A stretch of DNA of 64,000 nt, from contig JANJGN010000005.1 of the NCBI GenBank assembly GCA_026770705.1, forward strand, positions 44,082,001 through 44,146,000. Direction: 5' to 3'. The notes under the pieces are model-generated. The model did no database searches. It was not told where the DNA came from and was given only the letters and a program-made list of their open reading frames with translations. Every line of letters starts with the position of its first letter. Within the stretch, counting starts at the first letter, position 1. The translations under genes were made by a program, and so were the position numbers. This document shows, piece by piece, positions 1-12,645 of the stretch. The stretch comes from Isurus oxyrinchus (Eukaryota).

Positions 1-444
1 CATGCCCGATAATATGTCTCCGGATGTGGGGAACGCTTTCGATTTGAGAGCATATTTTTCTGCCCTATGTCTCTATTTATAATGCACATGATCTCATATA
101 CTTTATTACTTGCTTTGTTAACCTCTTTTGCCATCTTCTAAGATTTGTGTAAAGATAGCTCCGGGTCTCTCAGTTTTTGCTCCACTTTTAAAATTGTACC
201 ATTTAAATTGTATTTTCTCATCGGATGGAATGATGAAGCAGGCTTGACGGGCCATACGGTCTACTCCTGCTCCTACTTCTTGTGTTCTCCCCTCATTTTT
301 CTTACCATCGCCTCATACTTCTTTGCGTTGAACTTTATCTGCCCTACACCCACCTTTTCCATCAGCCTATCTATTTCCACTTGAAGTCTATCACTTACTT
401 CTGTTACAGCTGAGAGTTTTATAAAATTATTATGATTTAGGACT

Positions 445-1010
445 GGTGAGCAGGACTTTTTGGATGGTGGGGGTTTCTCACTCTGCCACCTGAAGGGTTG
501 GTGAGGAATGCAACCTTGCCGATCACAGCAGCCTCAGAGCCATTTAACAGAGCACTTTAATTGACTGGAGGTGGGACTTCCATCCATCACTCAAACTGAT
601 TGGCTGGCAGCTCTGTAGTCCCAGCACTGCCAGTGACAGCAGTGCAGCGGGCAAAACTGTGACTACAGTAGTTGCCAGAAGTCCTGGGGCAGAATTTTAC
701 AATACCCCACCAGCAGGTTTGTGGGTTGGGGGGGGGAGGCTCTGTAAAGTTCCCCAAGTGGTCTTCCCACCATCCACCCACCCAACCCCAATTTGTCTCC
801 AATTTTAGGTAGGGTGGGCAAAGCATAGAGTGGCCCACCTGCCCTCACCCCAATTGAGGCCCTTAAATCACCAAAATTGGTCACTTCCCACCCTGTTCTC
901 AATTTTAAGGCTGGCAGGAGGAGCTCAGGGGCTGTGGGGAAGCCCAGAAGGTCACTCTGTTCCCTGCTCTGGCCTTAGGTGTGAAGTAAGGGATTGCCTC
1001 ACTGAAGGGC
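445..1010. mobile_element. Degraded Harbinger-type MITE fragments
   Basis: Internal segment 590-670 is the reverse complement of part of the 19693-20390 MITE; TIR-like GGGCAGAATTTTACA at about 687. Confidence 0.5.
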
Positions 1011-1108
1011 CTCATTTCCACATTGTTCAATAATTGGATGCTGGACATCCATGTTGTGAATGTAAATCAGTACAAATGAGGCTGAGAATTGAGCATATTT
1101 TTAAAAGC

Positions 1109-1475
1109 TTATTTACTCTTTCACGGAATGTGGGCATTACTGGCAAGGCCAACATTTGTTGCCCATCCCTAATTGCTCTTGAACTAAGTGGCTTACTAAG
1201 CCATTTCAGAGGCAACCATATTACTGTGGATCTGGAATCACATGCAGGCCAGACCAGGTAAGGATGGTAGATTTTTTTCCCTAAAGCGCATTAGTGGTCC
1301 AGGTGGGTTTTTATAAAAATCTATGATATCTACTGCGATAGTTTTCAATTCCAGCCTTTCTTAATTGAATTTAAATCCCATCAACTACTATGGTGGGATT
1401 TGAACCCATGACCCCAGTTCATTTAGCTAGGTCTCTGGATTACTAATTCTGTGATACTACCACTATGCCACCGTC
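1109..1475 (-). mobile_element. HE1-like tRNA-derived SINE
   Basis: tRNA-like head (B-box GGTTCAAATCC on the minus strand), central domain and a 3' tail shared with the HER1 LINE; several copies in the window. Confidence 0.85.
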
Positions 1476-1809
1476 ATTATTATACATGTGACATTATTAT
1501 ACTACTACTCTTCCTGTGCATGCATCTGCCCAAAAATGGAAGAGCACTTCTGACAGCCACTGGAAGTAACAGCATAAAATGGGTAGGCACATGCAAATGA
1601 GGTAGCAATAACACTGTATTGTCTGAAACCTATTTCCCACCGCTATTTGCCTGATTCCTGTTACAAAATCCGGCCTTCATTCACTAAGTGTGTACATGAA
1701 AAATTATCATTTTATGGGAGGCATTGAAGGGCATTCAGTGTCCATGGAATGCTACACAAGCAAGGATCTAAGCCTTCATTTCTTAAGCTAATTTAACAAC
1801 GATCAAAAA

Positions 1810-2100
1810 TAGATCATAAATCTGTCTAACTCAGCTGTGAATATATTCAATGAGCTAGTCTCCACTGCAATCTAGGGAAAAGAATGCCAAAGATTAACGA
1901 CCCTCAGAAAAGAAATCCTCCTCAATACTGTCTTAAATGGGAGACCCCTTATCTTTAAACTGTGCTCCCTAGTTCTCGATTCCCCATGAGGGATAACATC
2001 CTCTTGGCATCAGAATCCTACATGTTTCAATAAGATCACCTCTCATTCTTCTAAACTCCAATGAGTATAGGTCCAACCTGCTCAATGTTTCCTCAGTGGC
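1810..2100 (-). mobile_element. CR1 LINE 3' fragment
   Basis: Reverse complement encodes the CR1 C-terminal LEFRRMRGDLIET-like motif plus 3' UTR. Confidence 0.75.
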
Positions 2101-2376
2101 CAACTATTGATAAATTTCCCCCATCTGCTGGTCCTTTATTTTTTTTCTCTTCTCCTTTCATTTTTGGTGATATCCTGCTCTGTGAGTTTACATTTCTCAA
2201 TGTAAGAAAGAATGACGCATATGAAGAGATTGGCAAAACTATTTAAAATTGGTCCAAGATGCTTCAGAATCAGCAGCAGCTCAGTTGAACAATCCAACAG
2301 ATCTCGAACTGAACATGGCAGGCATATTCAAGTGACAAGCAGTATTCCTGCCACAATAAGTTACTGCCTCACCTAC

Positions 2377-2545
2377 CTTTATCAGGATTTTTTTCTTCAG
2401 TTGACTGGGCGATGGGAGTTCATCTGCATTGATGTCTACAGGTTTGGTCAGCAGCATGTCCCCAAAGACCTTCTTGAAATGAGATGCCATGTTTCGCTGC
2501 TGCACAACACTGCAATGGTCTTCAATAGAGAGGATTATCGGATAC
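2377..2545 (-). CDS. PLCG1: PLC-gamma exon 13-equivalent (169 bp): [56 protein letters not shown], end of X-box
   Basis: Within ORF 2281..2664; matches human [20 protein letters not shown]...LPSPNQLKRKILIK; ccttgtag acceptor, AAG|gtagg donor. Confidence 0.96.
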
Positions 2546-2699
2546 CTACAAGGTACACACTTAAAATCAGTACTACCCTGTATAATTTTGGCTGTTGTTG
2601 CAGTTCCCATACTCATCTTGATAAATATGAATGGATTACTTAAATATTTGTGATGCAGACACATTATTAAGAAAAAAATACAGATAGAGTTTATTGTCA

Positions 2700-3050
2700 G
2701 CTGGGCTCAGTGGTGACACTCTTGTCTCTGATATCAAAGATTGGCGATTCCAGCCCCACTCCAGGACTTAGGCACATAATCATTACTTTGGTGCAGCACT
2801 GGGAACATGCTAATTTGTCATAGCTCCAGAGGAACAAAGTGTTCTGTTGGTGCCCTGGTCATCATTTATCCCTCAACCAACATCACCAAAGAAAGATTAG
2901 CTGGTTATTGATTTCTTTTGCTATTTGATGGACCTTGCTGTGCACAAATGGGCTGTCATAGTTATTTACATCATAGCTTCAAAATGGATTCATTAATTAA
3001 GTACTTGGATGGCCCAAGGATGTGAGGGCAGCTATATAAATGCATTTATT
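2700..3050 (+). mobile_element. SacSINE1/DeuSINE-like SINE
   Basis: tRNA-like head (ggctcagtgg...gattccagccccactccagga), Deu-like core (atttatccctcaaccaacatcacc) and L2-type tail (gctatataaatgca). Confidence 0.7.
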
Positions 3051-3369
3051 TTATTTTGAGTTATCCTTTAGCTTGTGCAGTTAGTTAATAATATAATGTC
3101 ACCTGTGGGGAGCTCTCACAACAGTTGCACTGCCTAAAATTCTATCTGGTCTCACTTTACTGACAGAAATGGAGGTGTGGGCGTGGGGGCATTGGTGGTG
3201 GTGGAGATAAGGGAAAAAGAGACTTGCTCTTTGTTTGTGCCCCTGACCCTGGCACACTTAAATACTTTGGATCAGAATGATGCCATTTAATGCATAGCTG
3301 AGGTGCCCACTTCATGTAAGATGGGGACACTTGCTACAGAGACTTACTTGGAGCAGACTGACCAGCTAC

Positions 3370-3785
3370 ATAGGATAATATAGAATATATGGCACAGAAA
3401 TAGGCCATTCAGCTTAACATGCTGGTGTTTTAGCTCCTTTCTAGCCTCCTTCCATATTTTCTCATCTAAATCTACTGTCATAACCCTCTATTCCCTTCTC
3501 TCATATGTTTGTCTAGCTTCTCCTTAAGCCCATCAATATTATTCACTTCAACCAATACCAGTAGTAGCGAGTTCTACATTCTCAGAATTCCCTATTGGAT
3601 TCCCTTGTGGCTATCATATAATGATGGTCTCTAGTTATGCTGTTCTCCACAAGAGAAAACATGCTCTCTGTACGCAGTCTTTCAAAACCTTTCATAATTT
3701 TAAAGACCTATATTAGGTCACTCCTCAGCCTTCTTTTTTATCAAGAGAAAAGAGACCCAGCCTATCAGTCCTTTCCTGATAGATA
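3370..3785 (-). mobile_element. CR1 LINE 3' fragment
   Basis: Same 3' motif set as other CR1 copies (RRLRSDLIxVFKIMKGFER on the minus strand). Confidence 0.7.
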
Positions 3786-4607
3786 CACCCAGACATTTCT
3801 GAGATCAACCAGCTGTGCCAGACCAAAGACTTTTTAAAAATTAAAAATCCTTCTGACTTGAGAACTAACTGTTCTGAGAAAGCCCATCTCTTCAGGAGAT
3901 AAGTAAGACAAGGCTAAGTTTAATAACTTAAATGTCACATTTATTGTATTTAGAACTGATAATGAAGAATGAGACAAAACATTCTAAAATGTCTCCCAGA
4001 CATCGAGTGATGATGGGAGAAGGAAGATGGGGCAGTGATCAAAAGTGAGTCAAATCAAAGTTGATTTTCAAAGAGGTGACAGAGACAACTCGCTTTGGTA
4101 GAGATATTTGAAGAGACTTTTTCAATTTATGGAGTACATCTGTAGGAAGGTGGATAGAAAAGGAAGCAGAGTTGAGAAGAGGGTGCTGACAGGAACAGAC
4201 CTGGAACCACAATTCAAGGCTATGAAGCAACTTGTAAGATGAAGACAAGGGTTTTGAAATTAGCAGAAAGGCAGCCAATGGAGTAGTGATTGCAATAGAT
4301 AGGAGAGCAAGACTTAGAGCTAGATTTTCACCATGGACAAGGGAAGCCAGAGTCAGGAAATCTCCCAAACTGACAGGACCGTCTCCATGGAAAGGATCAC
4401 TGTATGCTAATTTTTGCTCTGGAGGTAGGGACATGATTGAATCCAGTCTGCTGACTCCTGAGGCAGATCAGAAGTGGCCATGTAGATGGACATGTGTTGG
4501 GCTGGCTGGTTAGAAGGCCTGTGTCAGTTCTCAGAGATTCGGCCCAGTTTTATAAAAGGTTGTTAGGCTGTCTAGCCTTCAGTACCCTCAACAACCAAAC
4601 CTCATAA

Positions 4608-4790
4608 ACCCCGTGGTACCTCCATGTCCCTCATACCCCCATGCCACCTCCATGCCCCCTCATAACCCCATGCCATTTCCATGCTTCCTCATACCCTCAT
4701 GCCACCTCCATGTCCCCTCATATCCTCATGCCACCTCATACCCCCATGCCCCCTCATATCCCATGCCGCCTCCATAACCTATCATCCAGT
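4608..4790. repeat. Degenerate C-rich tandem repeat (cctcatacccccatgcca-like units) inside a larger, probably DNA-transposon-derived element (~4545-5575)
   Basis: Repeated ccccatgcc/cctcata units; a similar tract lies in the opposite orientation at ~16080-16220. Confidence 0.6.
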
Positions 4791-5579
4791 ACCCACTATG
4801 GGCAGACCACAGGAGTCATGTGGCAACAAAAAAAACCTCCAACAATCTAAGGGAGTTTTCACTCATGCACAGTTGATAGTGAAAAAATCTTTCATTTGTG
4901 AAACCCATTCAAAGATTTTAAATCCCCTCAAGTGTCAGTATGTTATAAAAACAAAAAATTTCCATTTAGTAACCACATCAAAGACAGTTAATCATTTAAT
5001 AAGTTCTTAAAACTGTCAATCAGAATGTGAACTCAGCCCCCACTGAGATAAGTGGTTATGGAGCTTTTGAAACTCAGCCAAGGATTCATAATGAGCTCCG
5101 TTTTAATAACAACACCTTGGTAAATGTCAACAATGAAGTCTATTGAAACTGCAGGAACAGACGGTAATTTTTTTCTAAACCACACCGGATAGCCTGTCTA
5201 TCAATACACTCCAGCAGCTGGTGTTTGTTTTACTCTAAATGACAGCTGCAGGCTGATTTTTTCCCCCATATTTTTGGGACTGGGGATTTAACTAACATCA
5301 GATGATGAGACTTAAACAGACCTCAGCCACCTTTCAAGAGCGTTTTCATCACCTCCATCAAATCGTGACTCCCACGCTGTGGATTAAGACCCTTGGAATA
5401 GCCAAAATGATGTTTGTTTGAATTCAGCACTGATTTCAAACGGCCCTGTTGGGTTCATGTTTCCAGCCTGTGTGATTCCTGCTCCTCCCCTTCCCTCATC
5501 GGCAACAAATGGGACTTCTAGGAACAGGGGAAGGCCTTCAGCATCCAGCCCGACTCCACGGATATCCACCCCCTAGAAT

Positions 5580-6480
5580 GAGCTGGAAGTAGACATCACA
5601 GTGGCAGTGGGGGTAAGGAATAGGGTGATGTTTCAGAGGTGGATTTAGGTGATGGGGGCCAGAATGTGGAGTTTAAAAGCAAATTTAAGGTTAAACAGGA
5701 CAATAAGGCTGTACAACATCTATTTACCTGAGCAGCCAGGAGGAAGGACAGTACCTGGGCTTTCACTAAGAGCCAAACAGGATATCTTCAGTTTTGCCAA
5801 TGCTGAGGTGCTTTGTGGCAGCTAAGCAGCTGGGTATCAGAGTAGTGATCATGGCATTAAGGGTAATGGCAGAAATGTAGAACTAGCAAAGGGTTGAGAT
5901 TGACTCTATATCTACAAACGATGTTGCTGATAAACAGTATGGAGATAAGGAAAAGCAAGAGGCCAAAGATGGAGCTTTGAGACACATGTGAGGCAACTGT
6001 GTGGGGGCAGGGAAAGAAACCATAACAGGAAGACATGATTGTTTGGTTTAGCCAGGTGAGAATGGAGCTAAGATAGGCCAGTACCATGGAGGTGAACATA
6101 AAGTTGTGCCATAGTGGCTGCCTGTATGACCAGTGGACGGAGTGGCTGCCTATATGGCCAGTGGACGGAGTAGCCGCCTGTATGGCCAGTGGATGAAGTG
6201 CCTGCCTGTATGGCCAGTGGATGGAGTGGCTATCTCTATGGCTAGTGGACGGAGTGACCGCCTGTACAGCCAGTGGATGGAGTGGCCGCCTGTATGGCCA
6301 GTGCCCCAGGGATGTCAAGGAAGCCAAGCCAGGAGTAAAAAGAATTGAAAAGGGAATGATGAGAAAATGGCACAGAACTGTTTGAAAGAGGAAGGGGATG
6401 CTGAAGATAGGCCAATAGTTTACAGGACAGAGATTGAGGATGTTTTGTTTCAAGGAAACTCAAGACTGAAACAATTAGTT
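5580..6480 (-). mobile_element. Old L2-clade LINE RT fragment, interrupted by a minisatellite
   Basis: ORF 5857..6453 contains HVSQSSIFGLLLFLISIL, a decayed form of GVPQGSILGPLLFLIY. Confidence 0.6.
6113..6303. repeat. 28-bp minisatellite, about 6.8 copies (agtggctgcctgtatggccagtggacgg)
   Basis: Units start at 6113, 6141, 6169, 6197, 6225, 6253 and 6281. Confidence 0.92.
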
Positions 6481-6568
6481 TCAGGAGGCCTTTGGAGTTA
6501 ATGAACATTTGAACCATTTGGTTGCAAACCTATATAGAATGCCCTCCCAAATTGTTGGAGTAACTTAC

Positions 6569-6689
6569 TCTGAGGTGACAAAGGCATGCTCCTTTATTGT
6601 GTACAGCACATCCAGGAATTTTATTTTGGAGGTAAGAGTGTGCCCATGGTAAATAATTGGCAGATCATCTGGGCCGTCCCAACAATCCA
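6569..6689 (-). CDS. PLCG1: PLC-gamma exon 12-equivalent (121 bp): [40 protein letters not shown](E)
   Basis: X-box with second catalytic His (YHGHT); ttgttttgcag acceptor, GA|gtaag donor. Confidence 0.96.
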
Positions 6690-7059
6690 CTGCAAAACAA
6701 ATTGTCAATCAATCATAACATGGATTTATTCAAATAAGCCTTTGATACTAGTAAGGAAATTCCTCAATATTTATGCAAGAGGTGTAGATTATCCTTTTTC
6801 AAAATGCAGCAAGTTGAACCTGTCATTATGGCAGATAGGAAGAGTACAGTGGGTGACATTAAATAGACATCTAACCATAAATGAACATCTGGTGACAGGA
6901 CTAAATTATAATTGTGCATTTGTTTACCCACCCCCCTTCCTTTCATATAACATGACAACCAGCCCAGTCAACACTGCAACGTCCTCCTTACTAACATCTG
7001 TGTACTTGTGCCAAAATGGAGAGAGTTGTGCCATAGACTAGCCAAGTAACAGTTTCAGA

Positions 7060-7455
7060 CAGTTATACTTACAGAACCATACCTTTCGACCAATGTCCCA
7101 GACTTTCCATCACCGTCCCTGGGTATGTTCTGATCCACTGGCAGGAGACGCCCAACAGATATGGTGGTGCAGTGTTATACAGTCACGAGGGAGTGAACTT
7201 GGAAGTCCTTAACATTGACTCCAGACCCCATAAAGTATGTTATCAGGTCAGATCAGGCCACATATAACTCTCCCTCAGAACTTCAATCAGTGTTTCACAT
7301 GTTGAACACCACTTGGAAGAAGCACTGGGAGTGGCAAGGGTGCAGACTGTAGTCTGGATGGGGGAGCTCAATACCCAACATCATGAAGAATGGCTCAGTA
7401 TCATCACTACTAATCAAGCTGGCTGAGTCCTGAAGGAAAATACTGCCAAACTAGG
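7060..7455 (+). mobile_element. HER1-like LINE endonuclease-region fragment
   Basis: gaccaatgtcccagac...gtccttaacattgactcc...cacttggaagaagcactg resembles the HER1 5' ORF2 region. Confidence 0.6.
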
Positions 7456-8942
7456 GTGAGTTTCTGCAGTACATTTTGTAGATGGTACACATTGCAGCCA
7501 CTGTGCACCACTGGTAGAGGAAGCAGATGTTTCAAGTGGTAAACAGGATGCCAATTAAGTATGCTATTTTGTTCGAAGTTTCGAACTTTTTGAATGGTAT
7601 GGTTGCACTTATCCAGGCAAGTGGAAAGTATTTCATTGCACTCCTGACTGATATCTTTGGAGAGTCAGGAGGTGATTTACTCAGTTCAGCGTACCTAATC
7701 TTTGACCTGTTATCGTAACCATGGTATTTATGTGAATAGCCCTGTTATGTTTCTAGTTGGTGGTGACCCGAATTAAACACTGCAATCATCATGTTATGAT
7801 GGATGGAAGGTCATTGATGAAGCCACTGAAGATGGTTGGGTCTAGGATACCACCTTGAGGAACTTGTGCAGCACTGAGCTCCAGCTGAGGTGATTGATTT
7901 CCAATAACCACAGCAACTTCCTTTGTGCTAGGTATGACGCCAATCAGTGGAGAGTTTTCCCCCTGATTCCCATTGGCTCCAGTTTTGCTAGGGTGCCTTG
8001 ATGCCACACCTGGTCAAATGCTGCCTTGATGTCAAGGTCAGTCACTCTCACTTCAACTCTTGAGTTGAGCTCTTCTGCCCATGGTTGGGCCAAGGCTGTA
8101 ATGAGGTCAGGAGCTGAGTGGTCCTGACAGAACCCAAAATGAGCATGAGTGAGCAGACTATCAATATGTAAGTGCCACTTGATTGCACTGTCAATGACCC
8201 CCTCCATCACTTTGTTAATGATTGAGAGTGGACTAACTCGATAATTGACTGGATTGGATTTGTCCTGCTTTTTGTGGACAGAACATACCTGGGCAATTTT
8301 CCATGTGGTTGGTAGATACCAGTGTTGTGGATATACTGGAATAGCTTGATCAGTGGCAGGGCTCATTTTGGACCGCATGTCTTTAGTACTGTTGCCAGGA
8401 TATTGTCAGAGCCCAAAGCCTTTGCTGTATCCAGTATGCTCAGCATTTCTTGATATCATATGGAGTGAAATGAATTGCCTGAAGACCTCAGGAGGAGGCT
8501 AAGATGGATCGACCACGTTGCACTTCTGACTGAAGTTGATTGCAAAAGCCTCAGACTTGTCTCTTGCGCTCGTGAGCTGGAATCCAGTTTAATTAAGGAT
8601 GGGGAAATTCATGGAGCATCCTCCCATTAGTTGTTTAATTGCCCGCCATCATTCATGACTGGATGTGGTGGGACTAGAAAGCATGAACCTGATACATTGG
8701 TTGTGGGATTGCTTAGCTGTGTCTATGGAAAGCTGCTTAATATGTATGTAATTCTGTTTTGTAGTTTCAAGTTGGCACCTCATTTTTTGGTATGCCTGGT
8801 GTTGCTCTTGGCACGCACTTCTGTACTCCTGATTGAGCAGGGTTGACCTCTGGCTTGATGACAATGGTCAAGTGGTCAAGTGCGGAATACGCTGTGCCAC
8901 GCGGTTACAGATTGTTGTTGAATATAACACTGCTGCTGTTGA

Positions 8943-10535
8943 GGGCCACTCAGCTCCTGACCTCATTACAGCCTTAACTTCAAACCTGGACAAAACAGCT
9001 GAACTCCAGAAGTGAGGTAAGAGTGACTGCCCTTGACATCAAGACAGCATTTGACCAAGTATGACATCAAAGAGCCCTGGCAAAACTGGAGTCAATGGGA
9101 ATCAGGGAGAAATTTGGATGGCAGTTGCATACTGGTATTGTCACTGGGCTAGTAATCTAAAGACCCAGGGTAATGGTCTGGGGACCCGGGTTTGAATCCC
9201 ATCACGGTAGATGATGGAATTTGAATTCAATAAGAAAAAAATCTGGAATTAAAAGCCTAATGATGACCATGAAACCATTGTTAATTGTCATAAAAACCCA
9301 TTTGGTTCACTAATGTCTCTTAAGGAAGGAAATCTCTCGTCCTTACCTGGTCTGGCCTACATGTGACTCCAGAGCCACAGTAATGTGGTTGACTCTGAAA
9401 TAGCCTAGCAAGCCACTCAGTTATCAAAGCAATAAATGCTGGCCTAGACAGTGACACCCTGCCCCTCTGCCTCCCCACCCCTCCATGAACGAATAAAAAA
9501 AATCTCTCCGCCGGTTGGATTCATACCTAGCACAAAGGAAGATGGTTATGGTGAGTGGAAGATGGTTGGTGGTCAATCATCTCAGTTCCAGGACATCACT
9601 ACTGGTGTTCTAGGCTCAACCATCTTCAGCTGCTTCATTAATGACCTTACTTCTATCATAAGGTCAATACCATTAACAACTCCTCAGAAGCAGTCCAAAT
9701 CAAAATGCAGCAAGACCTTGACAATATCCTAGGCTTGGGCTGATAAATGGCAAGTAACATTTGCGCCACACATGTGCCAGGCAATGGCCATCTCCAACTA
9801 GAGAGAATCTAACCATTGTCCCTTGACATTCAATGGCAATACCATCGCTAAATCCCCCACTATCGACATCTTGGGGGTTACCATTGACCAGAAACTGAAC
9901 TGGACTAGCCATATAAATACTGTGGCTACAAGAGCAGGTCAGTGACTAGGAATCCTGTAGTGAGTAACTCACCTCCTGACTCCCCAAAGCCTGTCGATCA
10001 TCTACAATGCACAGTTCAGGAGTGTGATGGAATACTCTCCACTTGCCTGGATGAGTGCAGCTCCAACAACACGCAAGAAACGTGACACTATCCAGGAGCC
10101 CAGTTAATTGGGATCACATTCCCAAACATTCACTCCCTCCACCACTGACGCACAGTAGCAGCAGTGTGTACCACCTACAAGATGCACTGCAGGAACTCAC
10201 CAAGGGTCCTTAGGCAGCACCTTCCAAACCCATGACCACTACCATCTAGAAGGACAAGGGCAGCAGATGCATGGGAACACCACCACCTGGAAGTTCCAAG
10301 TCACTCTAAGTCACTCACCATCCTGTCTTGGAAATATATCGCCATTCCTTCACTGTTGCTGGGTCAAAATCCTAGAATTCCCTCTCTAACAGTACATTGG
10401 GTGTACCTACACCACATGGACTGCAGCGGTTCAAGAAGGCAGTTCACCACCACCTTCTCGAAGGCAATTAGGGATGTGCAATAAATGCTGGCCTAGCCAG
10501 CGATGCCCACATCCCGTGAATACATGTTTTAAAAA
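8943..10535 (+). mobile_element. 5'-truncated HER1-like LINE (plus) with intact 3' tail, containing an HE1 SINE
   Basis: RT C-terminus (FNGNTIAKSPTIDILGVTIDQKLNWTSHINTVATRAG) and tail ggcaattagggatgtgcaataaatgctggcctagccagcgatgcccacatcccgtgaa. Confidence 0.88.
9116..9501 (+). mobile_element. HE1-like SINE nested in HER1
   Basis: Full head-to-tail SINE ending in an A-tail; the LINE sequence continues on both sides. Confidence 0.85.
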
Positions 10536-10799
10536 GTGCCTCATGGATTCCTAGCTTTGAGTGGCCAGACATGTTCTAAACCTAGCGCAGTGGTAATGCC
10601 ACACAACACAATTGAGGCTATACTCAGTGTAAAGATGAAGCTTCATCCCCTCAAAAAATTAGTGGTGGTCACTTCTATCAATATTGTTATGGGAGGATGC
10701 ATCTGAGACAGGTAGATTGGTGAGGACGAGGTCAAGTAGATGTTTCCCCCATGTTGGTTCTCTCATCACCTGCCAGAAGACTTCTTTGACAGTACCTCT

Positions 10800-11120
10800 G
10801 AAACGTGCAACCTCTACCACCAAGAACATAGGATCAATGGACAAGGTAGAAGCACTAGAATGGCAGGCGCACTGAAATGCCACCAGCTGCAATTTCACCA
10901 ACAAGGCACACACCATTCTGCCCTGGAAAAATATATCACTGTTCCTTCATGATTGCTAAGCCAAATCCTGGAACATCCTTCCTAACAGCACTGCGAGTGT
11001 TTCTACACCACATGGACAGCAGGAGTTCAAGAGGTGGGTTAACACCAACTTCTCAAGGACAATTAGCGATGAACAATAAATACTTATATTAACAGTGCTG
11101 GTTACATCCCTTGAGTGAAT
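10800..11120 (+). mobile_element. HER1-like LINE 3' end, degraded
   Basis: Similar to 10220-10530. Confidence 0.7.
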
Positions 11121-11559
11121 AGAAGATAGACCAAATTTACTCTCCACTACTCAAACAATATGGTATAACCAATTTCTAGTCATATGTTAGTATGGACCAG
11201 TAAATATTCATGGCTAAAGTTTTGTCCCATTCCCTAATTTTCTTCCCTCTTTGGTGGGGACAGGGGAGGTGGGAAAACGCTGAACTCTTTAATTTTAATG
11301 GACATTACTGACCTCGGGCTTGTTCCCTCCCCAAGGCCAATCATTTCTTTTCCCAAAGCAAACACAGTACAAATAGCACATCTATACTATTAATATCACT
11401 TGGAACTTGTTAATTCACAATATCATTTACTATTGGAGCATGAAGTGAATTATATGAGGTTGCATAACAAGAATACTCATTCCTTTCCCCTCCTTTGTTC
11501 CTTTACATTTTATGCCAAGTCACACCAATTACTGATATGCCTTTTCTTCAATGAATAAG

Positions 11560-11815
11560 AAAACCACATGGACCAAGAAAAAGTCAGGTTCGAATACCAC
11601 TCTGTGCTGAGTCAGTTGGGGCAATGGAAGCAATGTTTGGATTTGCTTATCACCCTTAGGCTAAAGAGGAGGCAATCAGCCAATGTTTCCACTCCTGGCC
11701 ACTCTCCAGCTGGCTTGGATGTGGCTGCATTGCTATGGATGTCAGGTGACATCAGGTGATGCTGGAATCGAGCTTGGCCTGCACTGAGCCTGGCAGCTTA
11801 ACTGCCCATGAAAAA
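11560..11815 (+). mobile_element. Unassigned tRNA-like SINE (related copy at ~59180-59400)
   Basis: B-box-like aggttcgaatacc followed by a body resembling the 59180-59400 copy. Confidence 0.4.
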
Positions 11816-11903
11816 TAGCCATAGTTTAGGGGAACTGTAATACAGTGGAGCCAGTGCTGAAGGGAAAAAAAGCTAAGAGAATTGGAAAAAGGAGAGCGCT
11901 TAC

Positions 11904-11989
11904 ATTCTATGCAGCGACATCCCATCCTCAGGCATCGGGCATAGGCTTCTAATGATGACTCACTGGAAAACTGGTCTCCAGTCAGATAC
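11904..11989 (-). CDS. PLCG1: PLC-gamma exon 11-equivalent (86 bp): [28 protein letters not shown]
   Basis: Identical to the recalled human PLCG1 peptide; tctcttccag acceptor, T|gtaag donor. Confidence 0.96.
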
Positions 11990-12044
11990 CTGGAAGAGAT
12001 GAAAAGCATTTCAGATCTTCGGTCACTGTGACTTGTACAAATAA

Positions 12045-12645
12045 TGGCCCCTGATATTTACGGGGTGGGGGTGGGGATTTCTCATAAATCCCAGGAATGC
12101 TGGCATCAGGCAAATTTAATAGCAGGACCTCATTATCATTCCTTTGCTCCATATCCCACCAGGACACTGGCCAGATCAACAAGCTGGCCGTTCTCAGCGG
12201 TAGATGGCCATAGCCAGGGGCTGTTGAGGATAGTCCTGAGCAAGTGGGAAAGCTTGAGGATTGGTGGATGGTGTCAGTCTGTCAACTGGAATGGAAGGGG
12301 GAATTGAGAAAGATTCCTGGCAGAATGGAGGGATTGTGGGTGTTTAATGGCTAATTACAGAAGATACTCCTGCTCCTCCTGGCTTTCAAGTAGTGCCAGA
12401 AACAGCACTTTTGACTGCATGATCCAGCTGCTCCCATCTCCATTTTGCTGCCTGGTTTCCTGAGGCCTGGAAAATGCAGCCAGCCAGTTAAATTTAATCA
12501 GACTTCCAACTACACTTATTATAATGAGTTGCCCTACCTCTCAAGGACGGAGTAAAGACATACCATGCAACCAATGGCGACAGGTGGTAGCCTTTCCCTA
12601 AAAATCTCATGCCTCTTGTTTGGGGAAGGTTAAAATTTCCTCCAG
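12045..12645. mobile_element. Degraded MITE-like element
   Basis: GC-rich body with a TIR-like end (ggggaaggttaaaatttcct) resembling the Harbinger-type MITEs elsewhere in the window. Confidence 0.4.

Larger units (their letters stand above)
7456..10785 (-). mobile_element. HER1-like LINE (minus), split by a plus-strand HER1 insertion at 8943-10535
   Basis: ORFs 7944..8378 (WKIAQV...KKQDKSNPVNYR...LDIKAAFDQVWHQG) and 7789..8007 (VPQGGILDPTIFS); the minus-strand sequence resumes at 10536. Confidence 0.85.

Noticed and set aside
6113-6303. Regularly spaced 28-bp repeats as a CRISPR array
   Set aside because: Units are contiguous with no unique spacers, there are no cas genes, and the context is a eukaryotic intron
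5857-6453. 198-aa ORF with repeated HPLA/TPST motifs
   Set aside because: Read-through of the minisatellite and a decayed L2 RT
6586-7041. Plus-strand ORFs overlapping PLC exons (also 2212..2643)
   Set aside because: Antisense shadows of real exons, with no independent coding signal
9116-9210. tRNA-like sequences with A/B boxes
   Set aside because: These are SINE heads followed by SINE body and LINE-like tail, not tRNA genes
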